DNA of 64,000 nt, taken from Mobula hypostoma (Eukaryota). Made by a program: the position numbers and the translations under genes. Below, one piece after another: positions 37,431 to 51,234 of this stretch. Below the pieces are notes generated by a model, which saw only the letters and a program-made list of their open reading frames with translations, made no database searches and was not told the origin of the DNA. Position 1 is the stretch's first letter; each line of letters starts with the position of its first letter. The stretch is from contig NC_086108.1 of NCBI RefSeq assembly GCF_963921235.1, positions 83,516,001-83,580,000 of the forward strand. Reading direction: 5' to 3'.

Positions 37431-38424
37431 ACCATTATTTAGACTACACAACATGCTGTTTTTCCAATGCTGTGCAACTTGTAGATGGTAGCATTTCTGT
37501 TTCTTTCAACTAGTAAAGGTCACAAATTTGAGAGATGCTTTTGAAGCCTTAGGATTGTTGCACAAACCTTGCAGATGGTGCATAGACACTGCAGCCGCAG
37601 TTGGAAAAAAAAAGTAAACACCTAGGATTTTGTCCGTCAAGGATATTATTTTTGCTTGATTTCCTGCTTCAAGTGTTGTTGGAGTTGACTTCATCCAAGA
37701 TGATGGATAGAACACACTTTGACAGCAAGTGTCTGAAAGGAATTTATTCAAAGAAACCCATCCTCTCCCTGCTTGTTTAACCACAGTGTTTATATATCTG
37801 GTTAAATTTATGGTCAGTGATGAGATAGTTGGGGATTTGATAATGGCAATACCTCTGAATGTCAAATGGCGACAGTTTGCATTGCTGAAGATGAGCTTTA
37901 CTAGTCACATGTACATCAACAGATGCAGTAAAATGCATCATTTTGTACTAATGACCAACACAGTCTGAGGATTGTCTTTTAATGTGGGAAGAAACCACAG
38001 CACCCAGCAGAAACTCATTCGGTCATGGGGAGAACACACAAACCCCTTACAGATAATGGCAAGAACTGAACACTGATCGGTGATCATTGGCACTGTAAGG
38101 TGATTGCAGTACCATGCTGCCCCAATAATATTTGGGCAAAATGCTAGGGTATGATATCTTCACTTCTGAAATCTGGTTCCTTTAGAGGTAAACTGCACGT
38201 AACCACCATTAGCAGATGTTTAGCACTTTCAATCCATGACGTATTTCTAAGTAAATGTCTATTTCCATTATTGCAAGTCAGGTTTAGAGTCTAATACACT
38301 TCCTTTCTCCTTTGCTTGTTTAAATGACTCAGTCATCCATGGCTAGAAACAGCAAGAACCTAAATCATAAAGATCAGGATAACTCTTGGTCCTTAGAAGC
38401 AACATAGTAGTTAGCTTAAGACTA

Positions 38425-39420
38425 ACATTTTAACATGCGCCGGTGGCGCATGCAGCCTGTTACAGCCGCTCGGACTAGTTTTCTTACTTTCTTAACTTAT
38501 GTTATTTGTTGTATTTTTTTTTCCACGGTAACACGTTGAAGCTGCACCCTCTCTAACATGCTGGTGGAGAGAGTTTTATATGGGTTTTTAGCACTGGAAA
38601 TAGTTACATTCAGACACGTCTCATTAGTGGGGCAGCAGTATGGTTGCATTGTTTATTTCAGGGACCAGGTGATTGCACTTATGCCGGCTGGTTTAGCGAA
38701 CGGAGTGGCAGACATCCTGGCTGAAATCTGGAGGAAAACACACAGAGGATGCAGAGGGGATCAAAAAGACAAGGAAAGAGGACTGGGTCGAGACAACAGA
38801 GACTTATGGAGGAGTTCTAAGCGGTGTCTTCCCTCTCTCATTACGGGCAATGAGAGTTTGCAGGGTAATAAAATGGACAAGTTGACTGCGCTAGCCAGGA
38901 GTCAGAGAACATTTCAGGAGAGCAGTGTTATGTGTTTTACTGAAACGTGGCTGCACGTGGACATACCTGACCAAAACGTTTCCATGGAGGACTTCCAGAC
39001 CGTTCGGGCTGACGGGAAGTGCACTGAGACCGGTAAGCGTAAAGGAAGGGGGCTTGCTGTTCTGGTTAACAACAGATGGTGCAATCCTGGTCATATTATG
39101 ATCAAGGAATGTGTTTGTTGCCCGGATATTGAACTTTTTGCTGTTGGACTCCGGCTATATTCCACTAAGATGCAACACTGGGCGTCATGGGAGGTTGTTC
39201 CTGCCTGTGGCCATCGAACTTTGCAGCTCCTCCTGTGGAGGGTCAGACACCCTGAGCCAATGGGCTGCTCCTGGACTTATTTCCATCTGGCATAGTTTGC
39301 GTATTGTTGTTTGATTGTTTGTGGTTTTGTATTGAAATATTTATGCTCTATTCTTGGTTGGTGCTGCTGTAACGAAACCCAATTTCCCTCGGGACCAATA
39401 AGATATGTCTATTTTATGCT
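38425..39420 (+). mobile_element. Internally deleted non-LTR retrotransposon (APE endonuclease start joined to a 3' tail)
   Basis: SVMCFTETWL and RGLAVLVNNRWC endonuclease motifs; abrupt switch near 39160 to a 3' end finishing ...atttccctcgggaccaataa. Confidence 0.7.
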
Positions 39421-39774
39421 ATGGAGCCTTATCATTAACCAAAGGGTCCGTGGACCCCAGCATGAGAACCCCTGACTTGAGAGAAGAAGTTGTTCATACC
39501 AAAAGGAGCAGAACAACCTTTAAATGGATAGATTGTTCATGAAGAATTCTTTTTGTTTTCATATACAACATATGTGGTCAAGTGATTGGTCAAATATGCA
39601 GAATAACAATAAGGTGAGCTACAATTATCTGCACTAAAACTACAAAGCAATAACCCAATAAAGCATCAACAGGTACATGTGGAGAAGAAAATAACTGCCA
39701 TATTCTTCTCCATGCCCCTCTTAATATGTTCATTTTCATGTGAAAAAATTACCAGACAGGATACATTTAGATTT

Positions 39775-39780
39775 TTTATT
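39775..39780 (-). terminator. Candidate PIF1 polyadenylation signal AATAAA
   Basis: AATAAA on the minus strand ~230 nt downstream of the PIF1 stop. Confidence 0.45.
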
Positions 39781-40010
39781 TTAAAAAAAGGTTCATTTCT
39801 GGATCCCGATGGAGTGGATATTGTAAGAAAATTGCAAACTTACTTTTCTATTCCTATTTCCAAGACAGCCAGTGTCTTGTCACATCATAATCAATTCACA
39901 AAAACATTCATATAGTGCCACAAATATTTAAAATAGAAGAAATTAAAATGGTTCAATAATAAAATAGACCATGATGTAGGCGAAAACTTTAAAGAAATTC
40001 TGCCATCTTT

Positions 40011-40055
40011 CTAGTTTTCCTGATCTTCCATTTCGATATAGCCATCCAATGAGGT
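40011..40055 (-). CDS. PIF1: PIF1 helicase, probable last coding exon
   Basis: ttccctttgtttcag acceptor then TSLDGYIEMEDQEN*; resembles the acidic ...DQEN C-terminus of vertebrate PIF1; phase 0 matches previous exon. Confidence 0.82.
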   Translation of the reverse strand, partial: TSLDGYIEMEDQEN

Positions 40056-40479
40056 CTGAAACAAAGGGAAGTAGAAGAAATTAGTTTAAGTATCCTTAGA
40101 ACACCACTGACAAAGCAGGAACACTTGTGGCAATAAGAAGCAAGTGATTAAAGATGTTGGCATGTTACTATAGATCCTCTGGAAAGGTTCAAGCCGCAGC
40201 TGAAGTTTGGTCATAAATATTTTGTCCATTTCAATTCTTTATTAAAAACTTAGTTGCAGAATCAGCAAGGAATGTACAAAATCTAATATATTGCAGTCCA
40301 TTCTTGAACTCTGATTTCTGGTGCTAATGATAAGAGAACTTCTGAATGGCTGGATGAAGAGGACAATACATCACCAGACCATCTAGCTGTCTTTGGTGCC
40401 TCATATACATTGAATACAGGTTACACAGAAATCCATTAGCTATTTGCATTCAGTGATAGATTGCAAATGATCGTATGTT

Positions 40480-43400
40480 CAGACCACAAGACATATGAGC
40501 AGAATTAGGCCATTTGGCCCATCAAGTCCGCTCCACCATCCCATCGTGCCTGATTTATCATCCCTCTCAAACTTTATCAACTTCCATTTTAAATATACCC
40601 AAGGACATGGCCTCCTCTGTTGTCTGTGGCAATGAATTCCACAGATTCACCACCCTCTGACTAGAGAAATTCCTCATCTCTGTTCTAAAGGGAAATCCCT
40701 CTATTCTGAGGCTGTGCCCTCTGGTCCTAGACTCCCCCATCAGAGGAAACATCCTCTCCATATCTATTCAGTTCTAGACATTTCAATATTTGACAGGTTT
40801 CAATGAGATAGCCTTCATTCTCCTAAACTCCAGCAAGTACAGGTCCAGAGCCATCATATATTCCTCACACATTTACTCTTTCATTCTCAGAATAGTTATT
40901 TTAAACCTCCTTGGACTCTCTCCAATTGGACTCTCTCCAATGCCAACACATCTTTTCTCAGACAAGGAGCCCAAAAATGCTCACGATACTCCAAGTGCGG
41001 TTTGCTCAATGCCATATAAAGCCTCAGCTTTACATCCCTGCTTTCACTTCAAGAGCACTGGAATCTAAATGCCTTACACTATATTCCATCTGCTGCTTCT
41101 TTGCCCATTCTCCTAATCTGTCTAATTCCTTCTGCAGACTCACTGCTTCCTCAACACCAATTGCTCCTCCACTCATCTTTGTATCGTCTGCAAGCTTGGT
41201 CACAAAGCCATCAATTTCATCATACGAATATAACAAAAACAAGTGGTCCCAACACTGGCTCCTGTGGAACACCACGTATCATCAGCAGCCAACCAAAAAA
41301 GACCAACTTTATTCCCATTCTTTGCACCTGCCAGTCAGACGATCTTCTACCCTTGCTAGTCTCTCCTGTAATACCAAAGGCTTTTACCTTGTTAAGCAGC
41401 CTCATGTGTGGCATCTTGTCAAAGGCCTTCTGAAAATCCAAGTAAACTACGTCAACTGACCCTCACAAACAAGAGAAAACCTGCAGATGCTGGAAATCCA
41501 AGCAGCATAAACACAAAATGCTGGAGGAACTCAGCAGGCCAGGCAACATCTATGGAAAAAGAGCACGGCCAATGTTTCAGGCCAAGGCTCTTCATGGGAA
41601 AAAAAACGATGAGGAGTCAGAGTAAGAAAGTGTGACGAGGGGAGGAAGAACCACAAGGTGATAAGTGAAACCAGGAGGGGGAGGGGAAGAGGTGAAGTAA
41701 AGAGCTAGGAAGCTGGTTGGTGAAAGGGATACAGGGCTGGAGAAGGGGAAATCTGGTAGGAGAGAACAGAAGGCCATGGAAGAAAGAAAATGGGGATGAG
41801 CACCAGAGGGAGGTGATGGGCTAGCATGGAGATCAGGTGAGAGAGGGGAATGGGAATTGGGGAAGGACAGGAAAGAGCATTACCAGAAGTTCAGGAAATC
41901 AATGTTCATACCATCAGGTTAGAGGCTACCCAGATGGAATATGTGGTGTTGCTCCTCCAAGCTGAGTATGTTTTCACCATGACAGTAGAGGAGGCCATGG
42001 ACTGACTTGTCAGAATGGGAAGTGGAATTAAATGGGTGGCCACTGGGAGATCCCACTTTTTCTGACAGATGGAGCGTAGGTGCTCGGCAAAGCGGTCTCC
42101 CAATCTGCGTTGGGTCTCACCAATACACAGGAGACCACACCATACCAGGGGCACCGGATAGAGTAGATGGCCCCAATGGACTCACAGGTGAAGTGTTGCC
42201 TCACCTAGAAGGACTGTTTGGAGCCCTGGATGGTAGTGAGGGAGGAGATGCAGGTGTAGCACTTGTTCAGCTTGCAAGGATAAATGCCAGAAGGAAGATC
42301 AGTGGGGAGGGTCAAACGGATAAAGGATTCGTGTAGGGAGCGATCCCTGTGGAAAGCAGAAAGTTTGGGGGGGGGGGAATGAGGGAAAGATGTGCATTGT
42401 GTTGGGATCCCACTAAAGATGGTGGATGTTACGGAGAATTATGTGTTGGACACAGAGGCTGGTGGAGTGGTAGGTGAGGACAATAGGAAGCCTAATCCAT
42501 GGTAGGGTGGCAGAAGTGTAAGGTGAGAGCAGACATGTGTGAATAGAAGAGATGTGGTTGAGGGCAGCGTTGATGGCGGAGGAAGGGAAGCTACTTTCTT
42601 TGAAGGAGGACATCTCCTTAGTTCTCAAATGAAATCCTGAGAGCAGATGCGGTGGAGACTGAGAGAAGATGGCAAATAGCAGAGTGGGATGCAGTATAGT
42701 CCAGGTAGCTGTGAGAGTCCTAGGTTTATAATAGACATCAGCAGATAAGCTGTCTCCAGAGATTGAGACAGAGAGATCGAGAAAAGGGAGGGAGGTGTCG
42801 GAAATGGAGCAGGTAAACTTGAGGGCAGGGTGGAAGTTGGAGGCAAAGTTGATGAAGTTGACGAGCTCCACAAGGGTGCAGGAAACAGCACCAATGCAGT
42901 CGTCAATGTAGCGTAGGAAAAGTTGGGGAGTGATACCGGTTTAGTCTTGGAACGTAGACTGTTCCACGTAGCCGACAAAAAGGCAGGCATAGCTGGGACC
43001 CATGCGCATGCCCATGGCTACACCTTTTGTTTGAAGGAAGTGAGAGGAGCCAAAGGAGAAATTATTAAGAGTGAGGACATTCCACCAGATGGAGGAGTGT
43101 GGTGCTGGAGTGGAATTGGTTGGATCTGGTGTCCAGAAAGAAATAGAGAGCTTTGAGGCCTTCTGGTGGGTGATAGAGGTGTATAGGGACTGGACATACA
43201 TAGTGAAAAAATAAGATGATGGGGGCTAGGGAACTTGAAATCACTGAAAAGATCAAGAGCATGTGATTTGTCATGGATGTAGGTAGGAAGGGACTGGACC
43301 AGGAGAGATAAAACTGAGTTGAGGTATGCAGATATAAGTTCAGTGGGGCAGGAACAAGCAGAAATAATGGGCCTACCTGTACAGGCAGGTTTGTGGAGCA

Positions 43401-44800
43401 TGGGTAGGAGGTAGAATCGGGAGGTGCAGGGTGAGGTTGGAGGCAGTGGGTAGGAGATCCCCAAAGTTGATAAGGTCGGTGATGGTGTGGGAGACAATGG
43501 CCTGGTGCTCATTAGTGAGGTCCTGTTTGAGGGGTAAATAAGAGGTGGTGTCTGACAGTTGTCGTCAGGCCTTAGCAAGGTGGTACAGGCCAGTTCACCA
43601 GACTACTACAGCACCCCCTTTATCTGCTGCTTTGATGGTGAGGCTCAGATTGATGCAGAGAGAATGGAGAGCAGTGTCTTCAGAAGAAGTGAGGTTGGAA
43701 TTGGAGAGAGGAGCGGTGAAGTCAAGACTGTTGATGTCCCATCAGCAGTTAGCAATGAAAGATCCAGAGCAGGGTTGAAGATGGGAGAAGAGGTCATTGG
43801 TGCTGAATGGAGAGTTCTTGCCAAAGAGGTAGGCCAGAAGCTGACTATCCTATTAATTCTGCTTGTCATTTCTTCCAAAAAATTCACAACGAATTTCTCA
43901 GGCAAGATTTCTCTTCAAGGAAGCTATGCTGACATTGGCTTATTTTATCAATGTGCCTCCAAAGATGCCAAAACTGCAATCCTTAATAACAGACTCCAAC
44001 ACCTTCCCAACCACTGAAGTCAAGCTAATTGGCCTATAATTTCATTTCTTCTGCCTCCCTCCCTTCTTAAAGAGTGGAGTGACATTTTCAATTTTTCATT
44101 TGTCCGGAACCATTCCAGAATAGAGTGATTCTTGAAAGATCATTACCAACAACTCCACAGTCTTTCGGCTACCCTGGTCCAGATGACTTACCAACCTTCA
44201 GACCTTTCAGTTTCCCAAGCACCTTCTCCTTATTAATAATAACACCGCTCTCTTCTGCCCCGTGACACTCTCGAATTCCTGGCATACTGCTAGTGCCTTC
44301 CATAATGAAGATTGATGCAAAATTCTTAAAAATTCCTTTGGTATCCTCTTTTATATTATTGCCTAACTTCCCCTTGTATTTCATCTTTTCTCTCATCATC
44401 GCTTTTTTTTTTGTTGCCTTCTGTTGGTTTTTAAAAGCTTCCTAATCCTCTAACTTGCTGCTAATGGTTGCTGTATTACATGCCCTCTTTTGCTTTTATG
44501 CTGCCTTTGACTTCCCTCATCAGCCATGGTTTCCTCATCCTCCCTTTAGAATACTTCTGAGATGTATCTACCCTGCACCTTCAAATTCCCCAGAGAAACT
44601 CCAGCCGTTGCTGTTCCACCATCATTCCTGCTGGTGTCCCCTTCCAATCAATTTTGGCCAGCTCCTCTCTCATACCTCTAATTCTCTTTTCTCCATGGTA
44701 ACACTGATACATCTGATTTTAGCCTTACCATCTAAAAGTGCAGGTGAATTCCATTGTATTATGACCACTGTCTCCCAAGAGTTCCCTAATCAAATCTGGA
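40480..44800 (-). mobile_element. Decayed CR1 LINE interrupted by a Penelope element
   Basis: CR1 tail at ~40485; DFQKAFDK and KLADDTK motifs; CR1 ORF2 resumes after ~43790. Confidence 0.8.
41462..43785 (-). mobile_element. Penelope-like element, RT plus GIY-YIG endonuclease plus pseudo-LTR, decayed
   Basis: RFYLLP..HKP, MYVQSLYTSI, QTKGVAMGMRMGPSYACLFVGYVE, RYIDD, CIGETQRRLGDRFAEH. Confidence 0.9.
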
Positions 44801-45946
44801 TCAAGTCAAGATGCTGAAATGTGGATGTCACCAGGACAATTTAAACTCTGCTCCCTCCTTTGAATGGTGCCCCACGCTCATTAACGTCCACCCAAATGAA
44901 CAAATTGGATCAGTGTTTTGCATCGTTTCCAAAAAATCATATACTTTCAATAATACCGCACTGGAATGTCCACCAACCTATCAGCTAAAAGTTCTTCTGC
45001 AAACTCAAAAACTGTATTTTTGATCAATAGCTACCAATTTTACCACCGTATATCCTGGTACAATTTATCAACATCCACAATGAGGAAAAAGTAATGGAAT
45101 AAATCAAGTCACAATTATCAGAATGATGTTCTCTGCTGGGTTCACCTTAATTCCCAAAGCCAATCCAGAAATATTCTTGTTTCTTAAGTCAGACTGATGT
45201 GTGCTGATTTAACCTTTAATATTAGGCAGTTTTCCCAGTGAACTGGTTAACTCTAGGTTCCTTGACATCATTTTGTAGCACATTCCGTACTGTAATCTTC
45301 TCACCAGGATAGGTTGATTGAGATTTTCTTTATCCTATTGCTTTAGCCTGGATTCTAAGTGAAGCCAGAGAAGTGAAAAAACCATATCACATCAGTAGCA
45401 TTTTGTAATGCACAAATGCACACAAGTGTTCACAAGAATAACACTACTAATAAAAATTCTGTTCCAATTCATCAGATGAATCTGTTAAACAATGGCAAAA
45501 CTCAAATAACCAGTCATAAAATGTCACTTGACAGGGAAATTTTAATTGCTTTGATTGCCAAAAAAACTGCAAGCATCTATTAAAATAGAACAGCTCCATT
45601 TCCCACTCCTTTGCACAAACATCTTTGTTCAACTAGTTAAAAGTTGCTGTGCCTTCAACTCATATGCCCCTGCCTGAGTAATTTTTTTTGTTTTATAAGT
45701 TTAGATTAATCCCTGGTTTCTGAGCATAAAAAAAAAGAGTTCTGTGTGAAGATTGTGCTGGGGATCCATGGAAAAGTGATTTCAGGGATAACTAGTAATA
45801 TAAAACATGTAAAAATTAGGCATTGTTAATATTAGAGCTGTTCCCTCTTCTCCTTCTGAAGGTATGCTGCTTGTTTCTGCAACAGATTATCTAATTCAGT
45901 AAACTGGAAAAAAGGTCTGAAATAAACTCCATTCCATCCTACTTAC

Positions 45947-46138
45947 CTGCATCAGCATCTGTTGTTTTTTCAATCTGGAGTAAAAGTGCAAGACATCATG
46001 ATTGGCATGGACTACTCTTCTGTCAAAATCCAACACTCGGAGCCCTTCCAGGTTTCGTGCACGAGAGAGAGCCACATACGCCTGACCACTTTCAAAGACT
46101 CGTGCCAGTGAAATTTCCACACAGTCTAATGTCATACC
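45947..46138 (-). CDS. PIF1: PIF1 coding exon (helicase motifs V/VI)
   Basis: GMTLDCVEISLARVFESGQAYVALSRARNLEGLRVLDFD; CAG acceptor, GTAAGT donor. Confidence 0.97.
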
Positions 46139-46299
46139 CTGAGAGAGAAGGAATGAAAGAATAGAAAATTAAATACACACACAAACGCCCTAAAGCAACC
46201 AAGTGCAAATTCTCATGAATAGACAAATATTAAAATTGAGAATGACAATGCAGCTCTTTAGAGACAGTGTTAAGGAATGACCTTATGACCTTAGCCTCA

Positions 46300-47930
46300 T
46301 TTGGGATAATGGGGAGGTGATAGATAGGAGTTACAGGGAGGTAGTCACCTCTAAGTTTCAGGAGGCGGGTACCTGGGTGACTGTCAGGAGAGGGAAACAG
46401 AATAAGCCATGAGGACAGAAAAGATAAATTATGAAGGGAAGCTAGTCAATAATATAAAAGAGGACACCAAATGCTTTTTCAAATATATAAAGAGTAAAAT
46501 GCGAGTGTAAATATTGTACCTCTGGAAAATGACACGTCAGGAGGTAGTAATGGTAGACAAAGAAATAGCAAAGGAACTTTACAAGTTTTTTGTGTCAGTC
46601 TTCACCATGGAAAACACTAGCAGTATGCCAGAAATTCAAGGGTATCAGGGGGCAGAAGTGAGTGTTGTTGTTATTAATACGGAGAAGGTACATGGGTTGC
46701 TGAAAGGTCTGAAGGTAGATAAATCACCTGGACCAGATGGACTACACCCAGGGCTCTGAAAGTAGTAGCTGAAGAGATTGTGAAGACATTAGTAATGACC
46801 TTTCAAGAATCACTCGATTCTGGAATGGTTCTGGAGGACAGGAAAATAGCAAAAATTACTCCACACTTTAAGGGAGAGAGACAGAAGAAAGGACATTATA
46901 GGTTAGTTAGCCTGACTTCAGTAGTTGGGAAGATGTTGGAGTTTATATTTAAGGATGAGTTTGAGTTTTTGGGGTACTTGGAGATGCATGATAAAATAGG
47001 CCAAAGTCAGCGTGACTTTCATTGATCCTGTTACAATTACTATTCTATAGATAGAGTATGGCCACAAAGAAAATAATCTCAGGGTTGCTTTATGATGACA
47101 TACATGTACTTTGATAATAAAATTTAGTTAGAACCTTTGGATGTTGAAACACAAGATGGTGTTCTTTCAGTCCAAAGTAATTCATGGACGTTAGTAAAAT
47201 AGAGGGATATGGGTAAGCCTAGGTAGTTCTAAGGTAAGGACATGTTCGGACATGTTGTGGGCCAAAGGGTTTGTATTGTGCTGTAGGTTTTCTATGTTTC
47301 TAATTCACCATCTGGAGTAATTCAGCCTGCTTAATTGGCATCCCATCAATTTATACCCTCTATTATCTTGAGTAGCTTGTATCATTACAAAATATACTGC
47401 AGTTATAGACCTTAGTTAGACCCAACTTGGTGTTCACCTCACTACAGGAAGGATGTGGATACTATAGAGAGAGTGCAGAAGAGATTTCAAGAATGTTACC
47501 TGGATTGGAAAGCATGCCTTATGAGTATAGGTTGAGTGAATCTGGCCTTTTCTCCTTTGAGTGACAGGGGATGAGAGGTGACCTGATAGAGGTGTACAAG
47601 ATGATGAGAGGCATTGATCATTTGGATAGGCAGAGGCTTTTTCTTAGGGCTGAAATGGCTAACACAAGTAGCATAGTTTTAAGGTGCTTGGAAGTAGGTA
47701 CAAGGGGGATATCAGAGGCAAGTTTTTCCACATAGAGAGTGTCATCAATGGTGGTGGAGGCAGACACAATAGGGCTCTTTTAGAGAATCTTTAATAGCTA
47801 CATGGAGCTTAGAAAACTAGAGGGCTATGCGATAGGGAAATTCTAGGCAGTTTCTAGAGTAGGTTACATGGTCAGCACAACATTGTGGGCCAAAGGGCCT
47901 GTAATGTGCTGTAGATTTCTATGTTCTGTT
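46300..47930 (+). mobile_element. CR1 fragments (ORF1 piece, mid-ORF2, 3' ends)
   Basis: KSPGPDGLHP, YRLVSLTSVVGKMLE motifs; ttctatgttct tails. Confidence 0.75.
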
Positions 47931-49219
47931 ATATTTTTCCCCTTCTTTTCCAGCCCTACTAAAGAGTCTCAGCCCAAAATATTGACTGTCTATTCCTTTC
48001 CATAGATGCTGCCTGAGCTGCTGAGTTCTTCCAGTATTTTGTGCATGTTGTTCTAGATTTCTGGAATCTCTTGTGTTTAGTTTGCCTAGGCTGCTCAAAC
48101 AGTATCTTATAAAACTGTGTAGCGAGTGCGCAAGCACATCAGCACCCATAGATTCTCCTATCCAAGCTGATTTGAAAACACATTGCTTCTCATTTGCCAA
48201 TGCTGCTTTCACATAGAGTTTCCTAATCAGCAGTATTTTGGGAGTGGGAATACATTTTGTAGAAATGATTGCAGCAATGTAATTCTGACTCACCGCTATC
48301 TTCTTAAGGACAACTAGGAATAAGCAATGACTGCTGGCTTTGATAGCAATATCTTTTTTTTTTGTAAACTTCCACTTCAAGGAAGCTCTACAGCCAAACT
48401 TGCAAGGTCATTATCAGAATATACTAGATGTTTGCACGCATTTTTCACTAACTTTTTCCAACTTTAAATTCTGGTAAGCAGAAGCTGATGTGAAGCACGT
48501 TAAACACCTCAAAAGTTTCAAGTTTACACATAAACATTGTTGAAAATACTTCCCAGTACAAGTGCCTCAGTTTGCTATGTTCCTTTCCGGTAGTGGAGAA
48601 ACTTCCACAATGATCAGACCCAGTTAGAATCAGAGAGCAATATAGCAGACATACAGGCCTTTCGGCCCAACAAGTACATGCTGACCAGTTAGTCCCAATA
48701 TTCTGCATTCAGCCCATGTCCCTCTAAGCCCTGCTCCTCCATGTACCTATCCAAATGCTTCTTAAATAATACTGCTGTACCACCCTCAGCCACTTCGTAT
48801 GGCAGTTTGTTCCATGTACTCTCTGCATGGAGGAAAGAAAAGTTGCCCCTCGAAATCCCCTTTAAATTTTTCCCCTCATATCCTAAATCTGTGCCCCCAG
48901 TTTTGGGCTCCCCTAAACTGGGGAAATTACTTCATCAGTCACGTGCAATGAAGCAGATATCTCCAGGAGGGTCTGCATAATTTCCTATTCACCTCCCAGT
49001 CTGAGGATGTACATTGGTAGGCCCTGGGGGATTTATTCATCTGAATGTACTGGATGTCTGCAAACATCTCTTCCCTGGTAATGTTAACGTCCTTTAAACC
49101 ATCTGCAACCATCTGCACTTACATCCTTTCAGAAATTACTCAGTTAATCTTGAGCAACCATTATTTTCCCTTTAGTAAACAGAAGTATTTGTTAAAAACC
49201 TACCCACCTCCTACAGCTC

Positions 49220-49615
49220 ATAGAAACATAGAAAATAGGTGCAGGAGTAGGCCATTCAGCCCTTTGAGCCTGCACCGCCATTCAGTACGATCATGGCTGA
49301 TCATCCAAATCAGAACCCTGTACCTGCCTTCTCTCCATACCCCCTGATCCCTTTAGCCACAAGGGCTATATCTAACTCCCTCTTAAATATAACCAATAAA
49401 CTGGCCTCAACAGTTTCCTGTGGCAGAGAATTCCACAGATTCACCACTCTCTGTGTGAAGAAGTTTTTCCTCATCTTGGTCCTAAAAGGCTTCCCCTTTA
49501 TCCTTAAACTGTGACCCCTCGTTCTGGACTTCCCCAACATTGGGAACAATCTTCCTACATCTAGCCTGTCCAATCCCTTTAGGATTTTATACGTTTCAAT
49601 AAGATTCCCCCCTCA
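49220..49615 (-). mobile_element. CR1 3' end
   Basis: SRTRGHSLRI...NFFTQRVVNLWNSLP; ctatgtttctatg tail. Confidence 0.85.
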
Positions 49616-50895
49616 CTACCTAGCTCAAGACATAAGCAGTGCTGCCAATCTCAGATTTACCTTTCACACTAACAGGAACAGGCTGCTCCTAGACACTTGC
49701 CTTCTTACTGTTAAGTGCCCCCCACTTGCTCTTCTTTCCGTGGCTTTCAAACAAGCTCACCCTTCTGCTAGATCATATCCAATTCCCTCAAAATTAGCCC
49801 TGCAGTAATTTAGGATCCTAACCGGTGGACCTGACCCATCTTCCTCTATCAGTTGAAGTAGATTTGTAACAAGAAAATATAAAAACATTAAATAATAATA
49901 GTATCATTCAAAATAGGCATACTTGGAAGAAACTTTGCGTTTCATTCCACTAAGAAGCAAAATAAAGAATAAACTAGCTCAAAGTCAATTGTTTTCTTTA
50001 AAATTCATAGGCATGGCTTTGGAGACAGGAGAGTTAGGGATCAGGTTAGGGTTTAATTTGAGGTCTGCCTTTTGCTCGTGTTCGAAGGCCAGTGGGACAT
50101 AGGACATTAGCAGTTCGTATTGGGTTAGCAGACCAGCAAGGATGAAGGCTGGCGGCTCACCAACACCCCACTCCCCCCTCAGTCAGCGAGTCATTGGCAG
50201 CTTCCAGAATCAGATTCCCTTGTGGACAGAAGGCATGAGTGATGGTGAATCCCCCCCCCCCAACCCCCTCCGGTTTACAAACGGGTGAGACTGAAGTCCG
50301 AGGCCTAGTATTTGGGATTCCATCATTGGCGTGTCTGCAATTGAGATATAGTGTTCAGGGTTTCATTCATTGCCATCAGCAAATCCTGGGCTCAATACCA
50401 ATGACTGAAGCCCAAAGGTCGATTAGAAGTCTGGAATTTGAGGCCTGTTGGCTGGAGTCCTGAGTCTAGTGGGTAAGTAAATGGCGTGGTGTCTGTGAAT
50501 TCACGGCTCTGCTGGAAGCCTGTCCTGGTGTTGGAGGACTGTGTGCGCGCGGGAGTAAAGAATGCAGCTTGCTTTGCTGCTACTTTGTTGCTTGTTGTGT
50601 TCTGCCGAGCATTGTGGGCGTGACAGTTTGACTCTGGAATGTGAGGCAACTGTAGCAGCTGACATCACCACATCTCTAGGTATGTTGGTTGTTAAGGCAA
50701 ACAATGCATTTCGCTGTATGTTTTTATGTACATGTGATAAATAAGAATGAAACTGAACCTGATCTGTGCACACATAAAGGCTGAAAATCTACCAAGCATA
50801 ACTGAAATCAAGATTCAAATTTGCAATATCAATTTAAAGACAATTGAGTAAAATTTGAAAAAGCCCAATGACCTCAGTCAAATGAGACTGCATAC

Positions 50896-51041
50896 CTGGC
50901 TCTTGTGAATGGAGATGGCCCAGGCTAACTTCAGAGGCAGCTGCTGTCTGGTCAGGTAGGTCCCACCAAGGGCTTTAACCAACCATCGTTCTGGCTTTAT
51001 TGTCACCGTTACACCAGATATAAAACGGACTTGGGGCAATG
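50896..51041 (-). CDS. PIF1: PIF1 coding exon
   Basis: [51 protein letters not shown] acceptor, GTATGC donor. Confidence 0.97.
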
Positions 51042-51071
51042 CTGTGAAGAATGAAACAAATCGCTAAATAT

Positions 51072-51234
51072 AAACACAAAATAATCTGCAGATGCTGGGG
51101 CTAAAGCAACACTCACAACAAGCTGGAGGAACTCAGCAGGTCGGGCAGCATCCGTGGAAAAGATCGGTCGACGTTTCGGGCCGGAACCCTTCATCAGGAC
51201 ACTGCTGAGTTCCTCCAGCTTGTTGTGAGTGTTG
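51072..51234 (-). mobile_element. 163-bp PLE-derived hairpin mini-element with hammerhead
   Basis: 15-bp TSD caaatc(g/a)ctaaatat (51057-51071 / 51235-51249); perfect 34-bp inverted repeat. Confidence 0.85.
51167..51200 (-). ncRNA. Minimal hammerhead motif, sense to PIF1 pre-mRNA
   Basis: Minus: gtc-CTGATGA-a-gggt-tccg-gccc-GAAAC-GTC-gac. Confidence 0.75.

Noticed and set aside
38558..39295. 245-aa ORF as a novel gene
   Set aside because: Contains LINE endonuclease motifs (CFTETWL) and runs into a LINE tail.
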